64,000 nt of DNA, taken from contig CAZXEE010000001.1 of the NCBI GenBank assembly GCA_964639785.1, positions 179,832 through 243,831 of the forward strand, given 5' to 3'. Position numbers and translations under genes: made by a program. The notes beneath the pieces are model-generated. The model did not search any database. It was given only the letters and a program-made list of their open reading frames with translations, and was not told the origin of the DNA. The DNA comes from an uncultured Gammaproteobacteria bacterium (GTDB lineage: Bacteria > Patescibacteriota > Patescibacteriia > Patescibacteriales > UBA12465). Positions 1-10,141 of the stretch are shown here, one piece after another. Each line of letters opens with the position of its first letter. The first letter of the stretch is position 1.

Positions 1-31
1 TTGCGGAAGCTGCCGCCAAGAAAGAAAAATT

Positions 32-841
32 ATGTTCAAAGCGATAAGGAGATTATTAATATTTGTCATCATCGTCCTGATCGGGCTAGCCTATTACCGC
101 AATGTCTATCTGGATAACAAGAAGAAGGAGCAGGCTAAGCTGGCGGCTCGACCGGAGAAGGTGATTACGATTATCGAAGGTTGGAATATCAAGCAGATTG
201 ATAATTATCTGAGCGAGCAAGGCTTGGCAAAAGACCAGAAGATCGCAACTTTCAAGGTCAAGGATTATCAGGCTGACTATAGTTTCTTGGCTGATGCCCC
301 GGCCAAAGCCGATCTTGAGGGCTATCTGTTTCCGGATACCTATCGGGTCTTTGCCTCTACCACCGCTGATGAGATTGTCCGGAAGATGCTAGATAATTTT
401 GAATCCAAGGTTAATCAGGAGATGCTGACTGAGATTAGTCGCCAGAAGAAAACCTTGCATCAGGTGGTGACCATGGCTTCGATCGTGGAAAAGGAAGTGA
501 CCAGTCGGAAGGATATGAAGATCGTGGCCGGCATCTTTTGGGATCGAATCAAGAATGGCCAGGCTTTGGAATCTTGCGCTACTTTGGCTTATATTTTGGG
601 GGAAAACAAGCCTCAATATACCTATGAAGATACTCGGATCGATTCGCCTTACAACACCTATATCAATCGTGGTTTGACCCCGGGACCGATAGCTAACCCT
701 GGATTGAATGCTATCTCGGCTGCCATCTATCCGACCTATACTGATTACAATTATTTCTTGTCCCGTCCGGATACCAAGGAAACCGTCTTCAGTCGGACCT
801 ATGAAGAGCATACTGCCAACAAGCAAAAATATTTAAAATAG
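32..841 (+). CDS. mltG: Endolytic murein transglycosylase MltG (YceG-like)
   Basis: 269-aa ORF. N-terminal TM helix (LLIFVIIVLIGLAYY) followed by YceG-type motifs MASIVEKE, GIFWDRI, DSPYNTY, GLTPGPIANPG. Confidence 0.85.
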   Translation: MFKAIRRLLIFVIIVLIGLAYYRNVYLDNKKKEQAKLAARPEKVITIIEGWNIKQIDNYLSEQGLAKDQKIATFKVKDYQADYSFLADAPAKADLEGYLFPDTYRVFASTTADEIVRKMLDNFESKVNQEMLTEISRQKKTLHQVVTMASIVEKEVTSRKDMKIVAGIFWDRIKNGQALESCATLAYILGENKPQYTYEDTRIDSPYNTYINRGLTPGPIANPGLNAISAAIYPTYTDYNYFLSRPDTKETVFSRTYEEHTANKQKYLK

Positions 842-856
842 TTAATATCTAATAAT

Positions 857-3304
857 ATGTTTGAAAAAGCTGAGGAGGCCAAGAAGGCGACTGATCCCGT
901 TTCTCCGGCTCCAATTTCTTCCAGTCCCAATTTCGCTGATGCTAGTTCCAGTCATATGGACGATGGCGATTCCGGAGAAATCGGCAAGAAGATTGCCGGC
1001 ATCGTTATCTTGCTGATAGTGCTAGCCGCTTTGGGGTTCGGCGGATTTTGGGCTTACAAGAAATTTTTCAGCCAGCCGAAATCAAGTTCGACTAGTCCTT
1101 CGGCCTTGAGCGATGCCCAAAAATTGCAAGAAGAATTGGACCAGGCTAAGCTGACTGCCAATCTGCCGGGCAATGAGAATGCCGGATCGGATTCAGCCAA
1201 TTTGAATGGCACCGAACAAGGCGTCGAGTATCTCAGTTTTTCCAACTTTTATTCTGAACCAGATAATTCTTTGGCAGCTAATATCAATGATTATAGCTTG
1301 CCTCTTAACATCAAGTCCGATGTTTTGAATTACTATGATGTGGCTCGGAAATTGAATCTGGACAAGAGTTTGAACGATTTGAATAATAACGGCTTTACGA
1401 TTATTGATAATCCTTTTTCTAACGATCCGAAAAATCCTGATGCCAAGAAACTGAATAATTTTTATAGCGTTTACAATACTCTAAATAGCAAGCAGATCCC
1501 GACCTTGGTTACGGCTGACTTCCTGACTTACTACCACCAGAACATTATGAAGAAGGCTTTCAAGGATATTGAAGAGAACGTCTTTTATGGCAATTTATGG
1601 GATATTGCCAACCATTTGTTTGAGGTTTCCAAGAACCGGTATAATACCCGCCTGACCGAAGTCGGCAACATTAATGATCCGATTCTGGAGGGAGCTCGTT
1701 TAGAAATGGCTTATTCCGCCACCTTGATTGAAATCTTGAAGCCGGCTGAAGGCCAGATCAATACCAAGAATGATTTGAATGACAAGAGCAAATTCACTTT
1801 GCAGGAAGCTGAAGATTTCAGTTTCAATCTGCCGCAGTATCTGAAAGTCGATGTCTTGAAAGAAGTCCAGAATATCCGAGAGCACAAAGTATCGGCTAAG
1901 TCGCCGGTCATGCTCTATACCCGCGACTACCGGGAATTCGTCGTACCGGAAGAGTATAAGGCTAATGCTAAGTTGAACAATTTCTACCTGGCAACCCGTT
2001 GGCTAAATACTGTTTTCCCAATCTACTACAAGAGCTCGGCTTGTCCGGGCTGCGCTTTAGATGCCGAGGATTGGCGCATCCAGATGGTGGCAGCCAGCTA
2101 TCTGGCTCAGGATGTTTTCGGGGATCAGAATACCAAGGATAAGTGGGCTCGTATCTATAAGGTGCTGACTTTCTTCAAGGGGCTGCGGGATGATGTCAGC
2201 TTGGTGAACCATCGTGATGCCTTGGTTGAGTTGTTCGGCGCCGACTACAAGCTGGAGGAGATATTCAGCAATGCCAATAGCCAGTCAGGTGAGAATTTTC
2301 AGAAGCTGCAGGATAAGATCTTGAGTTTGGAATTCCTTGATGCCTATGGCGCCTTCAACAAGAAAGATAGCCAGAATTTCGGCAAGCTGGGAGTCAAGAT
2401 GTTGGCTGATTTCTATTGGCCAAATGACTATATTTTTTCCCAATTAACCAATCCGGCTGTCTCAACCTATAAAGGAGTGACGCCTAAGGCTTCTAATAAT
2501 ACTGCTTGCCGTTTAGGCGGCATCTGGCAACGGTGCATCGGATTTGCTTTGGATATCATTAATGTAGTCTTTCCGATTCCTTCCCAGAACGCTTATTTCA
2601 CCGAAAATACCAATTATCAGAGGTATAATGACCAGGTAGGGGCCGTCAAGAAGCGTTTGGATGCTTTGAATAATACTTGGCATAATAATAATTATTGGAC
2701 GACCCTGAAGACTATTAAGACTTCGCTAAGTAATCCGGAAAACTATAAGCCGGCTTTTGCCCGCAATACTTCCTGGGTTAGCAAGGAAACCAATCGCGCT
2801 TTGGCTACCTGGGTCAATCTTCAGTTACCGGCGGATAAGTTCGGATTATATCAGAAATATTCCCAAGCAGAGAATGTTAACGGCTCGGTAAAATTTTTGG
2901 AATATTCTTATGTCGAACCGAATCTGATCTTAGTTAACGAGCTGTTAGCTAATAATACCATGGTCAAGGATATGTTCTCGGCCTTGAAGATGAATAATGA
3001 AGTCAACCAAGTAGCGGTCAGCTTGAATGAGACTGAAACCAAGTTGAAAACCTTGAAAGCTATTATGGAAAAAGAATTAACCGGCATTACTCTGTCCGAT
3101 GATGATATCCAGTTTATCGACAAACTGATCAAGGAATATAAGGTGGATGAGAATAGCAGCAAGACCTTTAAGATCAAGGGCCTTTCAAACCGCACTTTGA
3201 CTGAGGACCTGTCTGATGTCCGGCTCTTGGTGTTAGTCCAGAAGAGGGGCAATGACTTGGTGATGGCAGTCGGACCGGTTTTCAAGTATTGGGAAAAGAA
3301 GTAA
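857..3304 (+). CDS. Large membrane-anchored extracytoplasmic protein, possibly DUF3160-like; function unknown
   Basis: 815-aa ORF with a single TM helix (IAGIVILLIVLAALGFGGFWAY). The segment NGFTIIDNPF...IPTLVTADFLTYYHQ resembles DUF3160 from memory. No HMM run. Confidence 0.5.
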   Translation: MFEKAEEAKKATDPVSPAPISSSPNFADASSSHMDDGDSGEIGKKIAGIVILLIVLAALGFGGFWAYKKFFSQPKSSSTSPSALSDAQKLQEELDQAKLTANLPGNENAGSDSANLNGTEQGVEYLSFSNFYSEPDNSLAANINDYSLPLNIKSDVLNYYDVARKLNLDKSLNDLNNNGFTIIDNPFSNDPKNPDAKKLNNFYSVYNTLNSKQIPTLVTADFLTYYHQNIMKKAFKDIEENVFYGNLWDIANHLFEVSKNRYNTRLTEVGNINDPILEGARLEMAYSATLIEILKPAEGQINTKNDLNDKSKFTLQEAEDFSFNLPQYLKVDVLKEVQNIREHKVSAKSPVMLYTRDYREFVVPEEYKANAKLNNFYLATRWLNTVFPIYYKSSACPGCALDAEDWRIQMVAASYLAQDVFGDQNTKDKWARIYKVLTFFKGLRDDVSLVNHRDALVELFGADYKLEEIFSNANSQSGENFQKLQDKILSLEFLDAYGAFNKKDSQNFGKLGVKMLADFYWPNDYIFSQLTNPAVSTYKGVTPKASNNTACRLGGIWQRCIGFALDIINVVFPIPSQNAYFTENTNYQRYNDQVGAVKKRLDALNNTWHNNNYWTTLKTIKTSLSNPENYKPAFARNTSWVSKETNRALATWVNLQLPADKFGLYQKYSQAENVNGSVKFLEYSYVEPNLILVNELLANNTMVKDMFSALKMNNEVNQVAVSLNETETKLKTLKAIMEKELTGITLSDDDIQFIDKLIKEYKVDENSSKTFKIKGLSNRTLTEDLSDVRLLVLVQKRGNDLVMAVGPVFKYWEKK

Positions 3305-3323
3305 TCGAATCATTTTGAGAAAT

Positions 3324-3362
3324 AAAAAAAGGATGGCCGAGGGTCATCCTTTTTGGTTTTTT
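3324..3362. terminator. Bidirectional rho-independent terminator between convergent genes
   Basis: Hairpin AGGATG-N9-CATCCT (3330-3350) flanked by an A-run upstream and a T-run downstream. Confidence 0.6.
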
Positions 3363-3372
3363 TGTTTTTGAA

Positions 3373-3732
3373 TTAATTCAGATTTTGTTCAGCGAATTCA
3401 ATTTTTCTTTGGGCCGCTTCTACTTCGACTCTGGTTCTTTCTGGCAGAATCAAGCAGTTAAGGGGGATCGGTGTCGGTCGTTCTTCCGGTTCTTCTCGGA
3501 TAACGCCGATTAGATACCCGCCGCCTATTTCCTGATCCTTTTCCAATGTTTCAATCAAGATTATAACGCGTTCTCCCGGCTTGAACATGTTGCAGGGAAT
3601 CAGGAATTTCTTGATAGTGGCAAAATATTGCCCGGAATACGGTTCGTTGGTGGAATTGATTTGGCTCGGCGGCGTAATTGATTTGGCTCGCATCTTGTCA
3701 ATGTTTTCCTGGGTAATGTCAGGTCTTATCAT
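3373..3732 (-). CDS. Hypothetical protein
   Basis: 119-aa ORF with its own leader motif and a downstream terminator. No recognisable domain. Confidence 0.5.
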   Translation of the reverse strand: MIRPDITQENIDKMRAKSITPPSQINSTNEPYSGQYFATIKKFLIPCNMFKPGERVIILIETLEKDQEIGGGYLIGVIREEPEERPTPIPLNCLILPERTRVEVEAAQRKIEFAEQNLN

Positions 3733-3820
3733 TTTCTTCGGGTTTTTGGTTAATAAAAAGGACTATTGAAACCACAATAACATTTTTAAGCCTGTAAGTC
3801 AATAGTTTTTGCTGGTATGA

Positions 3821-3850
3821 AAAAACCCCGTTTTTGGCGGGGTTTTGAAG
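3821..3850 (-). terminator. Rho-independent terminator of the 66-aa gene
   Basis: CCCCG-N7-CGGGG hairpin followed by a T-run on the minus strand. Confidence 0.6.
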
Positions 3851-3862
3851 AAACCTAAGGTT

Positions 3863-4063
3863 TTAACCAACTTGATGGTATTTTCTGGCAGTTTCCAGAG
3901 AATCGGTTACACAAGGCTCAGGAATAAGTTGTAAATCTACTTCTTCCAGCTCTCCATAATGGAGGGATCCAGAGTTTCTTTTTTGAATCGGTTGAATTGT
4001 GGCGGTTTTTCCGCTGACATTGATAATTTGGACCAATTGTCCGTCTTTGATTGAAAACAGCAT
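3863..4063 (-). CDS. Hypothetical small protein
   Basis: 66-aa ORF flanked by a leader motif (4064-4100) and a terminator. No domain recognised. Confidence 0.4.
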   Translation of the reverse strand: MLFSIKDGQLVQIINVSGKTATIQPIQKRNSGSLHYGELEEVDLQLIPEPCVTDSLETARKYHQVG

Positions 4064-4152
4064 GTTTCGGTGGTTTTTGGTTGATAAAAAGATTGTTTAG
4101 GGTTCAAAAGAACGGACTTCTAATATACGTTATTTTTAAACATTAGTCAAGA

Positions 4153-6162
4153 CTAACGGGAATACTTGAAGATATAGATCTGGCCTTCGTCCAGGCTTTG
4201 CCAGGAATTGGCTGAGAGTTTGGCTTCAGCGACTATCCGGCTGAAAGCCCACCAGTATTTTGGTATGACGAAATAGGCTTCATCGACTTGGGACAGGTCC
4301 ATGGCTTTGGTCATTGTATCTCGGCTGGCATAATCATAGACCATGCTGAGGAAATATTGATAGAGCGGGCTGGAAGTCGGGATCGGGTAGAAGTAGAGGC
4401 CTTGGTAATAGCGGTTAAATCCGAAGCTCCTGAGAGCCACGGCTCCGGTTTGTTGGTTGGCTAGGACGATATAAGGATTTTTAGTTTGGTTTTCGATCCA
4501 GTTAACTGCTGCCTGATCGCTGGCACTGACGGCATAGGCTTTGGAATTGTAGTAATGGTCTTGGCGCGGATAGGAGATGTACAGGGAGGCGGTGATGAGA
4601 GCGGTCAGCATGACAAAGAAACTGATGCGATAGAACTTATCTTGTTCGCTTATTCTCTGAGAGAGATGGCCGAGAGCGATGATGATGGCCGGAAGCATCA
4701 AGATGGTTGCGGTTAGCAAGAGCCTTCTAGCGAAGTCGTTCTGTTCATAGGAAATGAGATTGAAAGATAATTGGGAAACCAGAAAGAAAGAGCCAAGAAC
4801 CGCCAGGGCTGTTATTAGCGGAGCATTCAATCGGAAGTCGCGGCGATGATAGCGATAGATCAATATGATGCCGCTGATGATTAAAAGGGTGATAATCAAT
4901 TGCTGGTTCTGGCCATAGAAATAGGTTAGATTCAAGAGCCAGGTTTCTTTGTGTGGCAAGTGCAATTGGGGCATCAGGGCCAGCAGGTAACTGGAGAAAG
5001 ATTCCAGTTTTAGAGTTAATTGAGATTGGCCGGATAGATAGAAGGCGAAGGGTAGCCCCAGGAAGGTTAATAGGAATAAGCCTAGATAACTGATTTTGAC
5101 TATTTTTTGGTTAATTTTTGCTCTAAAATGGTTGATTGTCACTAAAAGACTGAGGGTCAGGGCCGGTATGCCGGCGAGAGGATGGATTAGGCAGGCAGCT
5201 AGTGACAAGGTTAAAGGCAGGCGATAATCGGTAGCGCTATAGAGTACGGTTAGTATTAGGAATAAGAAAGCCAGATTTTGTGGCGTGCTTAATATGAAGC
5301 AACTGAAAGGAATGACCAGAATCGCTAATAGAAGCAATTGCTGATTTTTTTGGTCGGGAAAATAGCGGTTGATGAAAGTGCTCAAGGCTGGTGGCAAGAA
5401 GATTGCTGCTATTAGAGGTACTAACAGTTTGTCTAAGATGACTAGGGATATGCCGCTCAGCTTGTGGATGGTAACTAACAATCCATATTGTCCGAGATAA
5501 TAGAAAGGTTTAGGTTCGACGGCTCCTTGTTTGTCAATCAGGTCCATGGTGGCTTGATGGATGAAAGGATCATAGCCGTAGCCGATACGATAGACTATGA
5601 CAGCAATCAGGAATGATAATAGGTAGTGAATACTGATCAATGTTGAATTCAAAAATTCCAGGGATTTGCTTTTCCTATCCCTGGCAATCAAGAATAGCAG
5701 CAGGGCGGTGGCCAGAAAATAGATAATAAAAAAATATCCGGGAATAACCGACCAAGGCGTAACCAGGGCTTTGTCAGAACGGCTTTGCCAGAGGATATAG
5801 AATGATGTAATAATCAAAATAAGATAAGTCCCAGACAGGATCCAGTCTTTAATATTGATATTCTTGATTCTAAATTTCTCTTTTTGTTCCGGTTTGATAT
5901 CCCGGCTATTGATTCTTAAGGCTCCAAGCCATAAAACTAGGGTTAGAATCAGGCTGATAACAACTCCGGTCCAGTTCAGGGCATAGAGTTTGTAGACTGA
6001 GGCGGAGATGATAATCAAGCTGGAAAATAGCCATAAAATGGCTTCCAGGGGTTTGGTTTTGAGGTATTTGTTCATGCTATCATCATACCAGAAAACATTG
6101 CCAAAATAAACAGGTATTGCTAAGATAAGGGTATCTATGAAGCTTAAAATGCCTCCAATCAA
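4153..6162 (-). CDS. Polytopic integral membrane protein (possible GT-C-like glycosyltransferase), C-terminal soluble domain
   Basis: 669-aa ORF, hydrophobic helices throughout the first ~520 aa. The first start overlaps the divergent gene by 26 nt. Alternative ATG at 6073-6075 (MNKYLKTKP) is plausible. Confidence 0.6.
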   Translation of the reverse strand: MIGGILSFIDTLILAIPVYFGNVFWYDDSMNKYLKTKPLEAILWLFSSLIIISASVYKLYALNWTGVVISLILTLVLWLGALRINSRDIKPEQKEKFRIKNINIKDWILSGTYLILIITSFYILWQSRSDKALVTPWSVIPGYFFIIYFLATALLLFLIARDRKSKSLEFLNSTLISIHYLLSFLIAVIVYRIGYGYDPFIHQATMDLIDKQGAVEPKPFYYLGQYGLLVTIHKLSGISLVILDKLLVPLIAAIFLPPALSTFINRYFPDQKNQQLLLLAILVIPFSCFILSTPQNLAFLFLILTVLYSATDYRLPLTLSLAACLIHPLAGIPALTLSLLVTINHFRAKINQKIVKISYLGLFLLTFLGLPFAFYLSGQSQLTLKLESFSSYLLALMPQLHLPHKETWLLNLTYFYGQNQQLIITLLIISGIILIYRYHRRDFRLNAPLITALAVLGSFFLVSQLSFNLISYEQNDFARRLLLTATILMLPAIIIALGHLSQRISEQDKFYRISFFVMLTALITASLYISYPRQDHYYNSKAYAVSASDQAAVNWIENQTKNPYIVLANQQTGAVALRSFGFNRYYQGLYFYPIPTSSPLYQYFLSMVYDYASRDTMTKAMDLSQVDEAYFVIPKYWWAFSRIVAEAKLSANSWQSLDEGQIYIFKYSR

Positions 6163-7843
6163 ACAGCTTTATATCTGGCTTTCTATCCTAATATTGGCCA
6201 TTATTTTTGTATTGGGGTCATCGGCTTATAACCTGGCTAATCAGAAACCCGGCTATGTCCGTTTTTCTTCTCCGGATGAGACGGCTAACTATTTCTTCAC
6301 TAAGCTTTATGCCAAAACCGGCGAGCTGGCCGTCTTGGAAAATTATAATCTTTATGCTGCGGATATCGTTCATCCGCGCAGTTTCCGGAGTGATTGGGGC
6401 TTCATGAAGCCGGTTAGTTTTTTGGGAATCATTTTGATCTATGGAACTTTGGCTAAGGTTTTCGGATTAGGTATCATTCCTTTTCTGACTCCGATCTTTG
6501 GAGCCATCGGCATCATCTTTTTCTATCTATTGGTCAACAAGCTATTTTCTAGCCGGCGGGTGGCTTTGATTTCAGCGGCTATCTTAGCCTGCTTCCCGGT
6601 TTACGTTTATTATTCCGCTCGGTCGATGTTTCATAATGTTCTGTTCATAGTCCTGTCTATCATCGCTTTCTATTTCTTGGTATCCCTATTAGAGAAGAGG
6701 GATAGAGCTAAGTCTAGATTTTTAGATTGGCGTTTCAATGTGCAGGATTTCATCTATTCAGCTTTGGCCGGGTCATTCTTCGGTTTAGCTACGATGACCA
6801 GGTTGTCAGAATTATTGTGGTTGGCTCCGGTATTATTAATAATCTTCATCTTTTATTTCCGCCGTTTCAATATCTTCCGGCTGTCTATTTTGGTTTCATT
6901 CTTTTTGATATCGTTGTTGCCGATGGCTTATTGGAACCAGGCCTTGTATGGCTCTTTTACCTCCGGCGGTTATACGGAAATGAATCAGTCTTTGTCTTCC
7001 ATTGCCAATATTAGCAGCAACAGTAATTTTTCTCTGGGAGAAGCGGCCAAGAAAGTGGGAAGCACTATCTTCTATTTCGGTTTCAAGCCGAAACAATCGC
7101 TGACCATGTTTTATAATTATGTCATCCAGATGTTTCCTTGGTTAGCAGCTTTAGCTGCCTTGGGATTCGTCTGGTTAGCGGCTAATTTCCGGAAATTCAA
7201 GAAGAAGCATCTAGTTTATCTGTTGGTCTGGGCTGCATTATCGGCTATTCTGATCTTGTATTACGGTTCTTGGAAATTTACGGATAATCCGGACCCGAGC
7301 CGTATCACTATCGGCAATTCCTACACCCGTTATTGGCTGCCTATTTATCTGTGCGCCATACCTTTAGCAGCTTATTTCATTGATAGTTTCTGTAGTTTTT
7401 TGAGCCGGAAAAGTGGTATTGTGCGGGGTTCTTTGGCAATCTTGGCGGTAGCGGCCATCTTCATGTATTCAGTGCTTTTTGTAATGTTCGGTTCAGAAGA
7501 GGGCTTAGTCCATGTTACTTATAGCAACAAGGTGGATTATGAATTATATCAGCAAGTGATCGAACTGACTCCGCCCCAGGCTGTTGTTATCACCAAATAT
7601 CATGATAAAGTTCTGTTTCCGGATCGGAGAGTCTTGATCGGATTATTCAATGATAATCAGATGAACCAGCTTTATGCCAAATTGGCTCATGTCGCTCCGC
7701 TTTACTATCTTAATTTCCAGTTCGCCCAAGCCGATTTCGATTATCTGAAATCCCGAAAGCTGCCGAGTTACGGTTTGGATATTGAGATGGTAAAAGTGAT
7801 CAACAAGGATTTCGCTTTGTATAAATTGAGTTTAAAAAAATAG
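6137..7843 (+). CDS. GT-C fold glycosyltransferase, ArnT/PMT (family 39/83)-like
   Basis: 568-aa polytopic ORF. First extracytoplasmic loop carries SSPDETANYFF (a DE motif typical of ArnT/PMT-type enzymes). Confidence 0.65.
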   Translation: MKLKMPPIKQLYIWLSILILAIIFVLGSSAYNLANQKPGYVRFSSPDETANYFFTKLYAKTGELAVLENYNLYAADIVHPRSFRSDWGFMKPVSFLGIILIYGTLAKVFGLGIIPFLTPIFGAIGIIFFYLLVNKLFSSRRVALISAAILACFPVYVYYSARSMFHNVLFIVLSIIAFYFLVSLLEKRDRAKSRFLDWRFNVQDFIYSALAGSFFGLATMTRLSELLWLAPVLLIIFIFYFRRFNIFRLSILVSFFLISLLPMAYWNQALYGSFTSGGYTEMNQSLSSIANISSNSNFSLGEAAKKVGSTIFYFGFKPKQSLTMFYNYVIQMFPWLAALAALGFVWLAANFRKFKKKHLVYLLVWAALSAILILYYGSWKFTDNPDPSRITIGNSYTRYWLPIYLCAIPLAAYFIDSFCSFLSRKSGIVRGSLAILAVAAIFMYSVLFVMFGSEEGLVHVTYSNKVDYELYQQVIELTPPQAVVITKYHDKVLFPDRRVLIGLFNDNQMNQLYAKLAHVAPLYYLNFQFAQADFDYLKSRKLPSYGLDIEMVKVINKDFALYKLSLKK

Positions 7844-7844
7844 C

Positions 7845-9152
7845 ATGAAAAATTATCATATCATTACTTTCGGTTGCCAGATGAACAAGGCCGACAGCGA
7901 ACGGCTTTCTTTTTATTTAGAGAAGAGCGGCCTGGTTTTAACTAGCAACAAATTCAAAACCGATGTCCTGATCATCACTACCTGCGGCGTGCGGCAATCG
8001 GCTGAGGACCGGGTTTATAGCTTAGTCCATCAGGTTAAAAAGAAAAATCCTCGGACCGCTATTGTCATTACCGGTTGTCTGAGTCAGAGAGCGGACGTGC
8101 AACGACGGATTAAGGACAAGGTTGATATCTGGCTGCCGATTACTGAAATGCCTTCTTTGATTCCGAAGCTCCGATCTTTGTGGTCGGAAGCAGATGGTGA
8201 GTGTCCGGATGCCAAAGACTATCTATCTATCCCACCGAAATATGAATCAACCTTTAGCGCCTATGTGCCTATAGGCAATGGCTGTAATAATTTTTGTTCT
8301 TATTGCGTCGTGCCATATGCTCGCGGTCGGGAAAAATACCGCCGGGCCAGCGAAATCTTGGCTGAGGTCAAGAAATTAGTTAAGGGCGGCTACAAAGAGA
8401 TTATCTTGATTGCTCAGAATGTTAATAGCTATCGGTCTGGAACGGCTGATTTCACCACTCTCTTGTATAAAATCAATGATATTCCGGGGGACTTCTGGAT
8501 TAGGTTCGTTTCTAGCCATCCGAAAGACATCAGTCCTAAGCTGATCGAGGCCTTGGGCCGTTGCTCCAAGGTTTGCGAGCATGTCCATTTCGCTTTGCAG
8601 TCCGGAGATGATGAGATCTTGCGATTGATGAACCGGCGTTATACGGCGGAGCATTTTTCTGATTTGGTGGAGAAGATCAGGGCGGTTGGGAAGAAGTACA
8701 AGCCGGATTTACCATTAGCGATTACCACTGATGTCATCGTCGGTTTTCCGGGTGAGACGAAAAAGCAATTCTTGAATACAGCCAAGGTTTTTCGGGAACT
8801 CAAATTCGATATGGCCTATGTCTCCCAATATAGTCCGCGTTTCGGAACTGTTTCATATCAGATGACTGATGATGTTCCAAAGTTAGAAAAGAAACGGCGA
8901 GAGAATGTCCTGACTCAGATCTTTACCCGGACAGCCCAAAGCAATAATCGAGCTTATTTGAAAAAAGTCGTCCCCATTTTAGTTGAAGGAAAGAATCGTC
9001 AGGGCGAATGGTATGGCAAGACTAGGACCTACAAGCTGGTTCGTTTGTCTGGAGCTCCAGCGAGCGACCTGACCGGAACTTTCGTGATGGCTGAGATTAA
9101 AAAAGTCGATGGCTTGGCTTTGATTGGAAAAATAATCGCTCAATATGAATAA
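7845..9152 (+). CDS. miaB: tRNA-2-methylthio-N6-dimethylallyladenosine synthase MiaB (radical SAM methylthiotransferase)
   Basis: UPF0004 N-domain FGCQMNKADSE; radical-SAM CNNFCSYCVVPYARGRE; C-terminal TRAM-like domain. Adjacent to miaA. Confidence 0.9.
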   Translation: MKNYHIITFGCQMNKADSERLSFYLEKSGLVLTSNKFKTDVLIITTCGVRQSAEDRVYSLVHQVKKKNPRTAIVITGCLSQRADVQRRIKDKVDIWLPITEMPSLIPKLRSLWSEADGECPDAKDYLSIPPKYESTFSAYVPIGNGCNNFCSYCVVPYARGREKYRRASEILAEVKKLVKGGYKEIILIAQNVNSYRSGTADFTTLLYKINDIPGDFWIRFVSSHPKDISPKLIEALGRCSKVCEHVHFALQSGDDEILRLMNRRYTAEHFSDLVEKIRAVGKKYKPDLPLAITTDVIVGFPGETKKQFLNTAKVFRELKFDMAYVSQYSPRFGTVSYQMTDDVPKLEKKRRENVLTQIFTRTAQSNNRAYLKKVVPILVEGKNRQGEWYGKTRTYKLVRLSGAPASDLTGTFVMAEIKKVDGLALIGKIIAQYE

Positions 9153-10095
9153 GGAATCGAAGACAACCAAAGAAAAGGTGGTGGTTATCTTGGGCACGAC
9201 AGCCGGTGGCAAGACCGGGCTAGGCGTGAAGCTGGCCGACATCTTTAATGGCGAAATCATTAGCGCTGATAGCCGACAGGTATATCGAGGCATGGATATC
9301 GGCAGCGGCAAAGATTTGCCGGATTATACCATCAAGAAGCCGGGAGGGAAAAGCAAGCAGATCAAATATCATCTGATCGATGTGGCTAGCCCGAAGACTG
9401 AATTCAACTTGAAGAAATACCAGAAACTGGCTTTCAAGGCAGTGGCTGATGTCTTGAAGCGGAAGAAATTGCCTTTGATAGTCGGAGGTACCGGCCTCTA
9501 TTTGCAGGCCGTGGTTGATAATTATCATCTGTCTAGCGTCAAACCGGATTCTAAATTACGGGAAGAATTAGAGCTTTTAAGCGCTTCTGAGCTGTATGAT
9601 AGGTTACTTGAGAAACATCAAGCTTTTGCTAAGAAGCTCAACAATAGCGATCGGAATAATAAGCGCCATCTGATCCGGTATCTGGAGGTTTTAGATGGCG
9701 ATTTGAGCTATCAGGCCAAAACCGCTGAGCCTCTCTATGATTTCTTGCTTTTAGGAATAGATTTGCCTAAGGATATCTTGCGGGCTAGGATCAGGAAGCG
9801 CTTGGAAGAGCGTTTGGCTGACGGGGTAATGGTTGATGAGATCAAGAGGCTACATCAGGAGGGTGTTTCGTGGAAGCGTTTGGAGGGTTTCGGATTAGAA
9901 TATCGCTACGTATCTTTTTATCTGCAAGGCAAGATGGAGTATGAAGAGATGGTTGAGAAGCTATTTACTGCCATCTGCCAATTTTCCAAGAGGCAGAAGA
10001 GCTGGTATCGCCGTTGGGAAAAGCAGGGAAAGAAGATCCATTGGATAAAGGATCTGGAAGAAGCTTCAGAATTAGTCGAGAAGTTTATAAAATAA
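9145..10095 (+). CDS. miaA: tRNA dimethylallyltransferase MiaA
   Basis: P-loop GTTAGGKTG, SADSRQVYRGMDIGSGK, GGTGLYLQAV motifs. 8-nt overlap with miaB. Confidence 0.9.
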   Translation: MNKESKTTKEKVVVILGTTAGGKTGLGVKLADIFNGEIISADSRQVYRGMDIGSGKDLPDYTIKKPGGKSKQIKYHLIDVASPKTEFNLKKYQKLAFKAVADVLKRKKLPLIVGGTGLYLQAVVDNYHLSSVKPDSKLREELELLSASELYDRLLEKHQAFAKKLNNSDRNNKRHLIRYLEVLDGDLSYQAKTAEPLYDFLLLGIDLPKDILRARIRKRLEERLADGVMVDEIKRLHQEGVSWKRLEGFGLEYRYVSFYLQGKMEYEEMVEKLFTAICQFSKRQKSWYRRWEKQGKKIHWIKDLEEASELVEKFIK

Positions 10096-10097
10096 AA

Positions 10098-10127
10098 AGA
10101 CCATTTAATAAGTAAATGGTCTTTTTT
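10098..10127. terminator. Bidirectional terminator (miaA / pilin-FISUMP gene)
   Basis: AGACCATTTA-N5-TAAATGGTCT hairpin with flanking A/T runs. Confidence 0.6.
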
Positions 10128-10141
10128 GTTTATTCAAATTT